A DNA stretch of 64,000 nt from an uncultured Acidobacteriota bacterium (lineage in GTDB: Bacteria > Acidobacteriota > Terriglobia > Acidiferrales > UBA7541). Under the pieces are notes generated by a model. It ran no database searches. It was not told where the DNA came from and worked only from the letters and a program-made list of their open reading frames with translations. The translations under genes were made by a program, and so were the position numbers. The stretch is from NCBI GenBank assembly GCA_963720655.1, contig CAVRFZ010000025.1:24444-88443 (forward strand). The letters run 5' to 3'. This document shows positions 18,184-27,852 of this stretch, one piece after another; the stretch's first letter is position 1; every line of letters starts with the position of its first letter.

Positions 18184-18519
18184 GTGAATATTGGTATTCG
18201 CAAAGCCGGACAAGCCACGATCCTGGATCTTGAGGGCCCCCTCAAACTTGGTGAGGCGGAAGAGGCATTCCGCAGTCAGATTCAGCAACTGATGGATGCG
18301 GGATCCACTCGCGTTGCCGTGAACCTGGCGGGTGTAACCGAGCTTGATAGCTCGGGAATTGGCGCTCTCGTCCGTTCTTTTACGATGTTGAAGCGGGCGG
18401 GCGGAAAATGCACGTTTTTCGCGCCGAGTAAGCGCGTGATGATGCTGCTGAAAATGGTGCGCCTGGATTCGATATTGGACCTTTCGGAAGACGAAGCCAC
18501 AGCGCTAACGCGCATTTAG
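18184..18519 (+). CDS. STAS-domain protein (anti-sigma-factor-antagonist type)
   Basis: GTG start after GAGG. ILDLEGPL...VAVNLAGVTELDSSGIGALV is the SpoIIAA/RsbV pattern with the conserved Ser. Confidence 0.8.
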   Translation: MNIGIRKAGQATILDLEGPLKLGEAEEAFRSQIQQLMDAGSTRVAVNLAGVTELDSSGIGALVRSFTMLKRAGGKCTFFAPSKRVMMLLKMVRLDSILDLSEDEATALTRI

Positions 18520-18603
18520 CTTTCGCTTTTGGATTCGAGCCTCATCCGCCTGAGATTGAACAATTCGCGTTCCCTCCTGTTTGTCCTATAGTTCCAGGCC
18601 GAG

Positions 18604-19422
18604 ATGCGTGCTTCGGAATGGATCCAAATCGCTTTTGCAATTGGGATTGGTTTGCTGGCGTGGACGCGACCCCTGGAAAAGCGACGGCGATTGCGCATTG
18701 CAAAGCTTGCCGTCATCGTGCCGGCGGCGATCTTAGGGGCACGATTTGCCTTTCACGGATTCGCGGGCTCCTTAGTGCGCGATTGGCTCCCGGCTGCGCT
18801 GTTGCTCATTCCTTACTGGCAAGCGGGGCAATTTTTTACCGGTCCCGACGAACGAATTCAGAACTGGCTGGCGCAAACAGACGAGAAAGTGTTGCGCGTG
18901 CTCCAACGGACAATCGGAAGCAACGAGAATGGGGGATGGGCCAGATATTTTGAAACAGCCTACCTGATGTGCTATCCGTTGGTGCCGATCGGACTGGCGA
19001 CTCTGTATCTGGGACATCACCGTGCGGCAGCCGATTTCTACTGGATCGTCGTCGTCTTAGCGAGCGACATCTGCTTTGCCGTCACGATTTTTGTTCCAGC
19101 CATGCCGCCTCGTTTGGTTCCTGAGCAAACTGGTGACTTCCGCGTGGCCGCGAATGAGGTTCGCAAGCTGAATTTAGAAGTCCTGAATCGCGGCAGCATT
19201 CAGGCCATCACGTTCCCGAGCGCGCACGTGGCGTCAACAATGGCGGTGGCGCTGGTGCTGACGCGATTCTTGCCGACGACCGGCGCGATATTCGTCGTTG
19301 TCGCAGTGAGCATCGCGCTCGGCGCGTTTCTCGGCCGCTACCATTACTTTCTCGACGTAGCGCTGGGCGCGATAGAAGCGGTGATTATTTTTCTGGTGTG
19401 CGTGCTGGTATTTCGACCGTAG
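18604..19422 (+). CDS. PAP2-superfamily-like integral membrane protein
   Basis: Six or more TM helices. FPSAHVAS and GRYHYFLDVALGA resemble the PSGH and SRxxxxxHxxxD motifs of PAP2 phosphatases and transferases. Confidence 0.55.
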   Translation: MRASEWIQIAFAIGIGLLAWTRPLEKRRRLRIAKLAVIVPAAILGARFAFHGFAGSLVRDWLPAALLLIPYWQAGQFFTGPDERIQNWLAQTDEKVLRVLQRTIGSNENGGWARYFETAYLMCYPLVPIGLATLYLGHHRAAADFYWIVVVLASDICFAVTIFVPAMPPRLVPEQTGDFRVAANEVRKLNLEVLNRGSIQAITFPSAHVASTMAVALVLTRFLPTTGAIFVVVAVSIALGAFLGRYHYFLDVALGAIEAVIIFLVCVLVFRP

Positions 19423-19442
19423 TTCCAGGCGAAACCGCGCCG

Positions 19443-20108
19443 CTAACGGCGGTCGAGAGCGGGGTGGCGGACGTCGCGGCCGGCAACAAAGTAGATAACG
19501 TCCTCGGCGATGTTCGTGGCGTGGTCGCCAATGCGCTCGAGATTCTTGGCAACGAGAATCAGCTCGAAAGCGGCAAACACCACCGCAGAATTTTCCATCA
19601 TGTAAGTAAGCAACTCGCGAAAGAGCTGATCACGCAAGCGATCCACCTGGTCGTCGCGCTGAAGAACGCTGCGGGCAAGATCAATATCGCCGCGGACCAG
19701 CGCATTCAAGCTATCGCGCACCATCCCTTCGGCGAGTTCGCTCATGCGGGGCAGATCGACGTAAGGCTTTACCTGGGGATGGCGCAGAACGCGCATCGCG
19801 GACTGCGCGATGTTGACGGCCTGATCGCCGATGCGTTCGAGGTCGCCGTTAATACGCGAGACCGCCAAGAGAAAACGCAGGTCGGCAGCCATCGGTTGCT
19901 GCAATGCGAGCAGCCGCTGTACGCGCTCGTCAATTTCGATCTGCATTTCATTGATCGCATCTTCTTCGCTAAGCACAATTTCAGCGAGGTGTTCTTCGGC
20001 GTCCAACACGGCGTGCACAGCCTGGTGTACCGCGCGCTCGGCCAGACTTCCCATCCAGAGCAGACGCTGCTTCAGTTCTTCGAGGTCGCGTTCAAAATGG
20101 CGTTCCAT
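19443..20108 (-). CDS. phoU: phosphate signalling complex protein PhoU
   Basis: Two PhoU repeats, each with E(D)xxxD motifs (INGDLERIGDQAVNIA, VAKNLERIGDHATNIAEDV). It lies immediately downstream of pstB. Confidence 0.9.
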   Translation of the reverse strand: MERHFERDLEELKQRLLWMGSLAERAVHQAVHAVLDAEEHLAEIVLSEEDAINEMQIEIDERVQRLLALQQPMAADLRFLLAVSRINGDLERIGDQAVNIAQSAMRVLRHPQVKPYVDLPRMSELAEGMVRDSLNALVRGDIDLARSVLQRDDQVDRLRDQLFRELLTYMMENSAVVFAAFELILVAKNLERIGDHATNIAEDVIYFVAGRDVRHPALDRR

Positions 20109-20166
20109 GTAATCTCAGTCCCCTTCACTCGAAAGCCGGAAACCGGGCCCAAAGCAGCACAGAGAA

Positions 20167-21006
20167 TCATCCGAAACGGCCGGTGATGTACGCTTCTGTG
20201 CGCGGGTCGGTCGGCGTTGTAAACAGTTTCGAAGTCTCGCTGTGCTCGATCAGTTTTCCGTCCAGCATGAACGCGGTGAAATCGCTGGCGCGCGCTGCCT
20301 GTTGCATGTTGTGCGTCACAATGGCCATCGTGCAGCTGTCTTTGAGCTGGAACATCAACTCCTCGATTTTGGCCGTGGTTACGGGATCGAGAGCGGAGCA
20401 CGGCTCGTCGAGCAAAAGAACTTCAGGATCGACAGCGAGAGCCCGCGCGATGCAAAGGCGCTGCTGCTGCCCGCCAGAGAGCGCAAAGGCCGACTTCTTG
20501 AGGTAGTCTTTCACTTCTTCCCACAGGGCAGCGCGACGCAAGCTTTTTTCCACGAGATCGTCGAGGCGTCCTTTGAAGCCATTCACCCGCAAGCCGTAGG
20601 CCACATTCTCGTAGATGGATTTGGGAAATGGGTTCGGCCGCTGGAACACCATGCCAACCCGGCGGCGCAGTCCGACCACATCCATTCCGTGAATATCTTG
20701 CTGGTCGAGCAAGATTTCGCCCTGCACACGGGTGTTCCGGATTGTTTCGTTCATGCGGTTGAGGGTACGCAGAAACGTCGACTTGCCGCAGCCCGATGGT
20801 CCAATTAGCGCGGTAATCTTGTTGGTCGGAATGTTCAAATTGAGACCGAAGACCGCCTGTTTGGGTCCATAGAAGACGTCGAGGTTCGAAATCTTAAAAC
20901 GCAACGGTGAGCTTTTTTCGGAACCCGTTGGTGTCGGCTCGGTCATCCGGACCTCCGTCGCAATCCGCTCAGCGGCGGGATTCTTTCCTTGAGTTGCTGA
21001 TGCCAT
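20167..21006 (-). CDS. pstB: phosphate ABC transporter ATP-binding protein
   Basis: Walker [10 protein letters not shown], signature [14 protein letters not shown], Walker B LLLDEP. The start is taken at MASATQ, 1 nt after the pstA stop. Confidence 0.9.
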   Translation of the reverse strand: MASATQGKNPAAERIATEVRMTEPTPTGSEKSSPLRFKISNLDVFYGPKQAVFGLNLNIPTNKITALIGPSGCGKSTFLRTLNRMNETIRNTRVQGEILLDQQDIHGMDVVGLRRRVGMVFQRPNPFPKSIYENVAYGLRVNGFKGRLDDLVEKSLRRAALWEEVKDYLKKSAFALSGGQQQRLCIARALAVDPEVLLLDEPCSALDPVTTAKIEELMFQLKDSCTMAIVTHNMQQAARASDFTAFMLDGKLIEHSETSKLFTTPTDPRTEAYITGRFG

Positions 21007-21007
21007 G

Positions 21008-21862
21008 TCATACGCTCCGAGCATTGCCGCCGCGATTCAGGGCAAGACGGCAACCAAGATTTGCGAGGAGGACGAGTGCTAAGAGAACCAGGCCAGCGGC
21101 CCAAGCTTGGCGGTGCCAATCATCATAAGGCGCAATCGCATAGGTGTAAATCATCACCGGAAGCGAAGCGATTGGCTGGGACCATCCCGGACTCCAATAG
21201 CGATTGCTGAAGGCGGTGAACAGCAACGGAGCCGTTTCTCCGGCTACGCGCGCCAATGCCAGCAGCATACCGGTCAGAATTCCACCACTCGCAGCCGGCA
21301 GCACTACGGTGGCGATTGTCTTCCACTTGCTGGCGCCCAAAGCCATTGCGCCTTCGCGGAGAGTTCCCGGAATCGCTCGCAGAAACTCTTCCGTGCTGCG
21401 GACCGTAATCGGAATCACCATTATTCCCAAAGCGAAACCGCCGGCGAGAGTTGAGAAATGTTTCACGGGAAGCACAACCAGTGAGTACGCGAATATGCCG
21501 ATGACGATAGACGGCACACCGTTGAGCAAGTCCGTGGTGTAGCGAATCACGAAGGAAAAAGTCTGGCCGCCGAATTCCGCGAGGTAGACGCCGGCCATCA
21601 GACCGACCGGCAAACCGAGAACGGCGGCGAGCAACAAAAGCTTCAGGCTGCCGACGATGGCGTTGGCCATTCCTCCGCCCGTCTCACCGACGGGTTTTGG
21701 CAACTGCGTGAAGAAATTCCAATTGAGCGATGCACCACCATGCCAGATCAGATAACCGAGGATCAGGAACAAGACGGAGACGACCGATAAAGCAGCCACA
21801 CCCGTAAGGGTTAGCATTATGACGTTGAGGGATTTTCGCCACATTAAGAGCGCGCGGTTCAT
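21008..21862 (-). CDS. pstA: phosphate ABC transporter permease PstA
   Basis: Six-TM permease with an EAA-like loop ([14 protein letters not shown]). Position within the pstSCAB order supports the call. Confidence 0.9.
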   Translation of the reverse strand: MNRALLMWRKSLNVIMLTLTGVAALSVVSVLFLILGYLIWHGGASLNWNFFTQLPKPVGETGGGMANAIVGSLKLLLLAAVLGLPVGLMAGVYLAEFGGQTFSFVIRYTTDLLNGVPSIVIGIFAYSLVVLPVKHFSTLAGGFALGIMVIPITVRSTEEFLRAIPGTLREGAMALGASKWKTIATVVLPAASGGILTGMLLALARVAGETAPLLFTAFSNRYWSPGWSQPIASLPVMIYTYAIAPYDDWHRQAWAAGLVLLALVLLANLGCRLALNRGGNARSV

Positions 21863-22857
21863 GCGGGACGTCCTCCGCCGCGCTCAGTTGCCACGATCAG
21901 AATTCGAGCGAGACCATTCAGGATGAACGTCATCAGAAACAGGACGAGACCGAGTTCGATCAGCGCGCTCAGGTAAAGATCGCCGGTTGCTTCCGTGAAT
22001 TCATTGGCGATTACAGCGGCGATTGTGTAGCCCGGATGGAGAAGCGAGGCGCTGATCTTCGGGTCGTTGCCGATGACCATCGTGACGGCCATCGTTTCCC
22101 CGAGCGCACGCGCGAGGGCGAGGAATATCGAGCCCATAATTCCCGTCCGAGCCCACGGAACCACCACCTTCCATGTGGATTCCCACCGCGTGGCGCCCAG
22201 TGCGAGGGCTGCTTCGCGCTGCTCGCGCGGAACCGTCAGCAACACTTCGCGTGACACGGAAATAATGAACGGGACCACCATAATAGCCAGCACAATTCCC
22301 GCCGTAAAGAATCCCACTCCGTAGTTCGGCCCCGCAAATAGCTTTCCTATTCCTGGAAGTTTTCCAAGAGTGTTGATGAGAAGAGGACCGAGCCAGGAGC
22401 GCATCAGCGGAACGACTACGAAGATGCCAAGCAATCCGTAAATGACGCTGGGAACGGCAGCGAGCAGGTCGATCAGGAACGAAACAGCGTCACTGATTTT
22501 TCGCGGCGCAAGCTCAGAGAGAAAGATCGCGCTTGCGAGCCCGAGCGGGACCGCAAGCGCGAGTGCAACCACGGACGTCACAAGCGTCCCATAGATAAAC
22601 GGAGCTGCTCCGAAATTGTCGAAAATCGGGTCCCAGGTTGTCGTCCAAAAAAAGTGCCAACCGAATTTGGCGCGGGAAAGGTGGGAGTTCACCCACAATT
22701 CCCAAACCAGCATGGAGGTAATAAGAAGAATCGCAGCGGCGAAAGTGAGCGTAATAAGGTGAGCCATTTCATCGCCGTGCTGGAATCGCCGAACGAACGA
22801 ACGCGGCCCCGAATAGGGAGGAGCCGCGTGCGGAATCGTGGTGGCCGGTGATGTCAT
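21859..22857 (-). CDS. pstC: phosphate ABC transporter permease PstC
   Basis: Permease with an EAALALGATRWE loop. Its stop overlaps the pstA start by 4 nt. Confidence 0.9.
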   Translation of the reverse strand: MTSPATTIPHAAPPYSGPRSFVRRFQHGDEMAHLITLTFAAAILLITSMLVWELWVNSHLSRAKFGWHFFWTTTWDPIFDNFGAAPFIYGTLVTSVVALALAVPLGLASAIFLSELAPRKISDAVSFLIDLLAAVPSVIYGLLGIFVVVPLMRSWLGPLLINTLGKLPGIGKLFAGPNYGVGFFTAGIVLAIMVVPFIISVSREVLLTVPREQREAALALGATRWESTWKVVVPWARTGIMGSIFLALARALGETMAVTMVIGNDPKISASLLHPGYTIAAVIANEFTEATGDLYLSALIELGLVLFLMTFILNGLARILIVATERGGGRPA

Positions 22858-22858
22858 G

Positions 22859-23878
22859 CTACTGGATGAGCGAAATGGCCTTCATTTCCTTTTCGACTAC
22901 CGGTTTGGGCAGGCGAGCGTAAGCGAGACCTTCATTATATCCCTGTCCATCCGTCAGCATCCATTTCAGGAAACCCTTGATCGCATCGCGTTTCGTGGCA
23001 TCCGAGATTTGCGCCGGGATCAAGAGCCATGTAAAGCTGGAAACGGGATACACGGTCGGGCCGGGTTCGTTCGTGATCGACACGCGAAAGTCGGCCGGCA
23101 TGTCTTTCGCCGCCGCCGCTGCCGCGGCAGTGACGCCCGCCAAGTCCGCTTTCACAAACTTCCCGGAAGCGTTCTGAACCTTTCCGAAAGTGATGCCATT
23201 CTGAACGGCATAGATGAGTTCCACATATCCGACCGAACCGGGCGTTTGCTTTACGAGGCCGGATACACCTTCGTTTCCCTTGCCGCCCAGCCCAACTGGC
23301 CACTGCACGGATGTACCTTTACCGACTTTGTTCTTCCAGTCGTCGCTTACCTTGGAAAGGAAATCCGTCCAGATGTAGGACGTACCGCTGCCATCCGCCC
23401 GGTGAACAACGACGATATCGCTTGCCGGCAGATTCACTCCCGAATTTGCCTTGGCAATTTCCGGGTCATTCCATTTTGTGATTGTCCCCAGATAGATACC
23501 GGCCAGTGCTTTCTGAGTGAAGTTCAATTCCCCCGACACTCCAGCGACGTTGTAGATCGGAATCACGGCACCAAGTACGGTGGGGAAATGCAGAATCTTG
23601 AATTTTGCTTCTTTCAACTGGTCATCGGTCATCGGCCCGTCAGAGGCGCCGAAGTCTACTGTGCCGGCGAGAAGCTGGCGGATTCCGCCGCCTGAGCCAA
23701 TCGACTGGTAGTTAATCTGAACGTTGGGGTCCTTCTGGTGGTAAACATCAAACCACTTGGAGTAAATGGGATACGGGAAGGTGGCGCCTGCGGCATTCAG
23801 CAATATCGTGCCGGGGTGCGCTGCAACTGCAATTGCGAGAGCCAACAGGATCGACAGAACGAGAGAAGTCTTCTTCAT
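22859..23878 (-). CDS. pstS: phosphate-binding protein PstS
   Basis: Signal peptide, then GATFPYPIYSKW, GSGGGIRQ and SDGPMTD motifs of PstS. Confidence 0.9.
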   Translation of the reverse strand: MKKTSLVLSILLALAIAVAAHPGTILLNAAGATFPYPIYSKWFDVYHQKDPNVQINYQSIGSGGGIRQLLAGTVDFGASDGPMTDDQLKEAKFKILHFPTVLGAVIPIYNVAGVSGELNFTQKALAGIYLGTITKWNDPEIAKANSGVNLPASDIVVVHRADGSGTSYIWTDFLSKVSDDWKNKVGKGTSVQWPVGLGGKGNEGVSGLVKQTPGSVGYVELIYAVQNGITFGKVQNASGKFVKADLAGVTAAAAAAAKDMPADFRVSITNEPGPTVYPVSSFTWLLIPAQISDATKRDAIKGFLKWMLTDGQGYNEGLAYARLPKPVVEKEMKAISLIQ

Positions 23879-23918
23879 GGTGGCAGTACTCTCCTTAGGA
23901 GCGTATCTTTTGTCGGGA

Positions 23919-23940
23919 TTGTTACAGCTGCGTTACATAC
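23919..23940 (-). promoter_or_regulatory. candidate Pho box upstream of pstS
   Basis: The minus strand reads TGTAAC-GCAGC-TGTAAC (direct repeat, 11-nt period), 43-59 nt upstream of the pstS ATG. Compare the E. coli CTGTCAT-N4-CTGTCAT arrangement. Confidence 0.45.
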
Positions 23941-24210
23941 ACAACAATTGGAAGTGAAATAGGAAAAGCTCCTCTGCAAAAAAATGAGGAGGCGCGGCCC
24001 CGGGGGTTGTCCAGGCCGCGCCTCCTTGGTGGGCGCAGGTCGTAGACTGCATTTTCCAGCGCAAAATGCTGTTGCGCCAGAACTTGTCAAGCCGAACCCA
24101 TCAGCCGCCCGCGACAGAAGTCTTATCGTCGCATCCGTCCGGCTACAAAATCGATGGCGCAGCGTAGGCGCTCGTGTTCACTGCCGGATGACCGATGCGT
24201 GAAAAAACTG

Positions 24211-24915
24211 TTACGACGCTTTTGCGTCTTCCTGGGTGTCCATAAGCCGCGCTCGGCCGTGCCGTACCTCAAGACCGCGGACCCAAAACAGGACGTCCTC
24301 CGCAATATTCGTGGCGTGATCGGCGATTCGCTCCAAGTGCCGCGAGGCCAGAACGAAATGAAGGTTCGGCGCGGCGAGCGACGAATCCTTCGTCATTCCT
24401 GCGAGAAGTGCCTCGAAGACCTGATCGCGGTATTGGTCCACGATATCGTCGCTCTCAAGGACTTGTGTTGCCAGATCCACATTTTGGTAGATCAGAGCTC
24501 CAAGGCATTTCGAAACCATGGCGCGAACAGCTGTTGTCATTGGCTCGAGTTCGGAAGGCGTCTCAATCTTACCCATTCCGGCTAGAGAGATAGCGCGCTC
24601 GCTTAAGTTGACGGCCAGGTCACCCATGCGCTCGAGATCGTTATTTATCTTGAGAGTGGCCACGATCAAGCGAACGTCGGTTTCAAGAAGATTCGGCTGC
24701 CGCAACATGCGAATCGCATGTTCATCGATCAGGATCTCCATTTCGTTGATCCGGGGCTCGGTCAGAAACACTTCGCTGGCAAGCCGTTCGTTGCGCTCCA
24801 TCAACGCCCACAGAGCGCGGTTCAGCGAAGACTCCACAGTGCGCGCCTGTGAGATCAAGTAGTTCACCAGCACGTTCTGAAAAATCGCCTCCGAATTGGC
24901 CTTTGTTCCCGCCAC
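24211..24915 (-). CDS. PhoU-family protein (second paralog)
   Basis: Duplicated PhoU repeats (INNDLERMGDLAVNL, ASRHLERIADHATNIAEDV). Confidence 0.85.
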   Translation of the reverse strand: MAGTKANSEAIFQNVLVNYLISQARTVESSLNRALWALMERNERLASEVFLTEPRINEMEILIDEHAIRMLRQPNLLETDVRLIVATLKINNDLERMGDLAVNLSERAISLAGMGKIETPSELEPMTTAVRAMVSKCLGALIYQNVDLATQVLESDDIVDQYRDQVFEALLAGMTKDSSLAAPNLHFVLASRHLERIADHATNIAEDVLFWVRGLEVRHGRARLMDTQEDAKAS

Positions 24916-25050
24916 GTTGCGTTCCTCCCAGGGCCCTATGGGTATGCGCCCAGCCGTATCTTTTTCCAGCCACTACATGATTAGGGGCGGATGTTGCAAG
25001 AGGTTGAATCCGTCGTGAATGTTTCGAGACCGCGGAAGTAGGGGGGCCGG

Positions 25051-26862
25051 CTAATTAGCCAGGGGAATCGAAAAGGAGAATCGCGAGCCTTCGCCTACGG
25101 TGCTTTCCACCCACAGACGTCCGTCGTGCGCGTCGATGATGTGTTTGGCGATGGATAGGCCCAGGCCTGTGCCGCCTGCTTCCCGGGAACGGGCCGCGTC
25201 CACGCGATAGAAACGCTCGAAGATCCGCTCCTGGTCAATAAGTGGGATCCCGATTCCAGTATCCATAACCTCGATCACCATTTCGTTGGAATTGACGCGG
25301 GCGCTTACCCGGATCCGGCCGCCAGGTGGCGTGTACTGAATTGCGTTATCGACCAGATTCTGAAGAACGTCACGCAGCAAGCTGGCATCGCCGCGAACCG
25401 GTGGAAGTCCCGGCGGGATCTCTATGTCGAGGGTTATCTGTTTGCGGCTGGCTTTCATCAGAGCTGTTTCCGCACAGCGCTCGATAAACTCGATCACACC
25501 GACCGCCGAAAACTCCAGTTCGAGCTTCCCTGCTTCGATGCGTGCGAGCTTTAAGAGATCGTCCGTCAATCGCGCCAGCCGATTGGCGTGATCGCGCATG
25601 ATTTCAAGGAATCGCCGGTTGTTTTTTGGATCTTCGAGCGCTCCGCCCAACAGTGTTTCCGCAAAACCCTGGATCGCTGTGAGAGGAGTCTTGAATTCAT
25701 GAGAGACGTTGGCTACGAAATCTTGCCGGACGCGTTCGAGCCGCCGCAGCTCAGTGACATCGTGAAGCACAACCACCGCGCCTGATGGTTTTTGCGAAGG
25801 AAACGTTACGGGAGACGGCCGGTTCGCGTTGGACGCCGCGGCTGTGGGTTCGAGCGCCTTCACGGGAGCAGCCGTCACAGAGAAACTCTGCTGTGACACG
25901 ATACCGGTTACGATGTCGCTCTGAAGCCCTTCCTCTCCGCCCAGAGCCTTGCGGATCAGTCCGGTTAATTCCGAATTGCGAACCACCTCGATGAGCGGGC
26001 GCCCTTCGCTGCTTTTCGAATCTATGTTCAGAATTTCCGAAAACGCGCGATTGCAAAAGACGAGCCGCTCCTGCGCATCAATCACCGCCACACCTTCCAC
26101 CATGCTTCGGAGGATCGCGCTCGAACGATTGCGCTCGCCACTCAGCAGCCGGATCTCGGATTCGAGGCGCCGCGCCGTTTCGTTGAGCGATGCACCCAGC
26201 TCTGCGAGCTCATCGCTCGAGTTTTCACCGGGCAGCGGGCGGAAATCTCCTTCTGCGACGCGCTTTGAGAATTCCGTCAGGCGTTCCACGCGGGCCGAAA
26301 ACATCCGCGAAATCATAAGAGACGCGGCGAGTCCCATTAGAAATATCAGCAGAGAGGCGAACAGCAGCCGGTCACGCAGCTCGGTTAGCGCCACATCAAG
26401 GCTGGTTAATGGTTTCGCCGCGCGAATCACTACCGGAGCTCCGCCCGGAGGCTCGTAACGTATCGCTTGATAGACCGCCTGGCCCTCTAAGGCCGTGCTG
26501 AGCCGAAGGGATTGCCCTTGCCCGTTCGCGAACGCCTGCTGAACTTCCGGGCTGGTGGAGCGTTCTCCGAGTGTCTCGAGATCTTGTGCAGAGTCAGCAA
26601 GCACTTTGCCGCCGTTCTCGATCACGGTTACGCGGGCCCCCGATTGCGACATCCAGTCCACCCAAGAGCGAAGCTGGGAAATATCATTGATTGCGGGCGG
26701 ACGCGTGCGGGCGAGATTAAGAAGCGAAGTGAGTTCTTCGTTGGTTTTGCGAATGTATTCGCGGCGCAGTACTTCCGCAGAGTAGAAATCGACCGCCAGC
26801 AGAACTCCGACCAGGAGGGCTAGATACGTCAGCCCAATCTTCCAGAAAATCCTAGCTCGCAC
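25051..26862 (-). CDS. phoR: phosphate-regulon-type sensor histidine kinase (TM-HAMP-PAS-HisKA-HATPase)
   Basis: H-box VANVSHEFKTPLTAI, N-box LVDNAIQYT, G-boxes DTGIGI and GGTGLGLSI. Adjacent to and overlapping the OmpR-type regulator. The symbol is assigned from context. Confidence 0.8.
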   Translation of the reverse strand: MRARIFWKIGLTYLALLVGVLLAVDFYSAEVLRREYIRKTNEELTSLLNLARTRPPAINDISQLRSWVDWMSQSGARVTVIENGGKVLADSAQDLETLGERSTSPEVQQAFANGQGQSLRLSTALEGQAVYQAIRYEPPGGAPVVIRAAKPLTSLDVALTELRDRLLFASLLIFLMGLAASLMISRMFSARVERLTEFSKRVAEGDFRPLPGENSSDELAELGASLNETARRLESEIRLLSGERNRSSAILRSMVEGVAVIDAQERLVFCNRAFSEILNIDSKSSEGRPLIEVVRNSELTGLIRKALGGEEGLQSDIVTGIVSQQSFSVTAAPVKALEPTAAASNANRPSPVTFPSQKPSGAVVVLHDVTELRRLERVRQDFVANVSHEFKTPLTAIQGFAETLLGGALEDPKNNRRFLEIMRDHANRLARLTDDLLKLARIEAGKLELEFSAVGVIEFIERCAETALMKASRKQITLDIEIPPGLPPVRGDASLLRDVLQNLVDNAIQYTPPGGRIRVSARVNSNEMVIEVMDTGIGIPLIDQERIFERFYRVDAARSREAGGTGLGLSIAKHIIDAHDGRLWVESTVGEGSRFSFSIPLAN

Positions 26863-27547
26863 GGGTCTCGAATAAATACCCGGCGCCGCGAATCGTTTTC
26901 ATATAAGCCGGGTGCTGGGGATCGGCTTCGATTTTTTCCCGCAAGCGCCGTACATACACATCCACGCTGCGCGGCGTAACAAACCGCTCCGTTCCCCACA
27001 CGCCATCCAGTAATTGGTCTCGCGTGAAGACGCGGTTGGGCCGGGCGGCGAGGAAATACAACAGGCGAAATTCCAGCGTGCTCATCGGCACCGGTTTTCC
27101 CGCGCGCGTAACGCGATACGCGGCCGGATCAATCCGCAGAGCTCCGATTTCGAGAGCTTTCTCAGAGGGCGTTCCCGGATCGGCGCGGCGAAGAAGTGCC
27201 TTCACGCGCGCTGCGAGCTCGCGAGGACTGAAAGGCTTCGTGACGTAATCGTCGGCGCCCAATTCGAGGCCCACGACGCGATCCGCCTCTTCACCTTTGG
27301 CGGTCAAAATCAGGATCGGAAGCCGGTTCAAGCTAACGTCCTTGCGAACCTCTTTGCAGATCTCAAGACCCGACAGCTTCGGCAGCATCAGGTCGAGAAT
27401 CAGAAGATCGGGCGGAGTCTTGCGAAGCTGAGCCAAACCGGTGGCCCCATCGCCGGTCGCGCCCACCTGGTATCCATCCTTCTCCAGGTTGTACCGAACC
27501 AGCTCGATAATGTCTTTGTCGTCTTCAACAACCAGAATCCGCTTCAT
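26852..27547 (-). CDS. phoB: OmpR/PhoB-family response regulator
   Basis: The start is at MKRILVVEDD. Receiver Asp in LLILDLMLP, and a winged-helix C-terminus (RVFTRDQLL...VDVYVRRLREKIE...IRGAGY). The symbol is assigned from context. Confidence 0.85.
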   Translation of the reverse strand: MKRILVVEDDKDIIELVRYNLEKDGYQVGATGDGATGLAQLRKTPPDLLILDLMLPKLSGLEICKEVRKDVSLNRLPILILTAKGEEADRVVGLELGADDYVTKPFSPRELAARVKALLRRADPGTPSEKALEIGALRIDPAAYRVTRAGKPVPMSTLEFRLLYFLAARPNRVFTRDQLLDGVWGTERFVTPRSVDVYVRRLREKIEADPQHPAYMKTIRGAGYLFETRAS

Positions 27548-27852
27548 AGTTTTCTCTCTTTGGACGCCCTCAACATACGGGAAACACAGTCCCCGAAGCA
27601 AGCTGACGCTTGTAGCATCTTTTGATTAACGGATTGTTAAGAGCAGTTCCTCGGCTTCTGTTCCATTCTTACTCAGCCAGCTTCAAGAAACATCCTCAAG
27701 CCTTCCCATTTCGGTGCAGTTAGCTGAGACGATTTCGCCGTCCATTCCCCCCTGCAAGATCCTTTCGCGAACGTGGAGAGCCACCCAAATCCCTCGAAGC
27801 AGTGCGATGCCGATTCTCCAACCTGCCGATAAAAGGTGCAGGGGAGGCGTTT

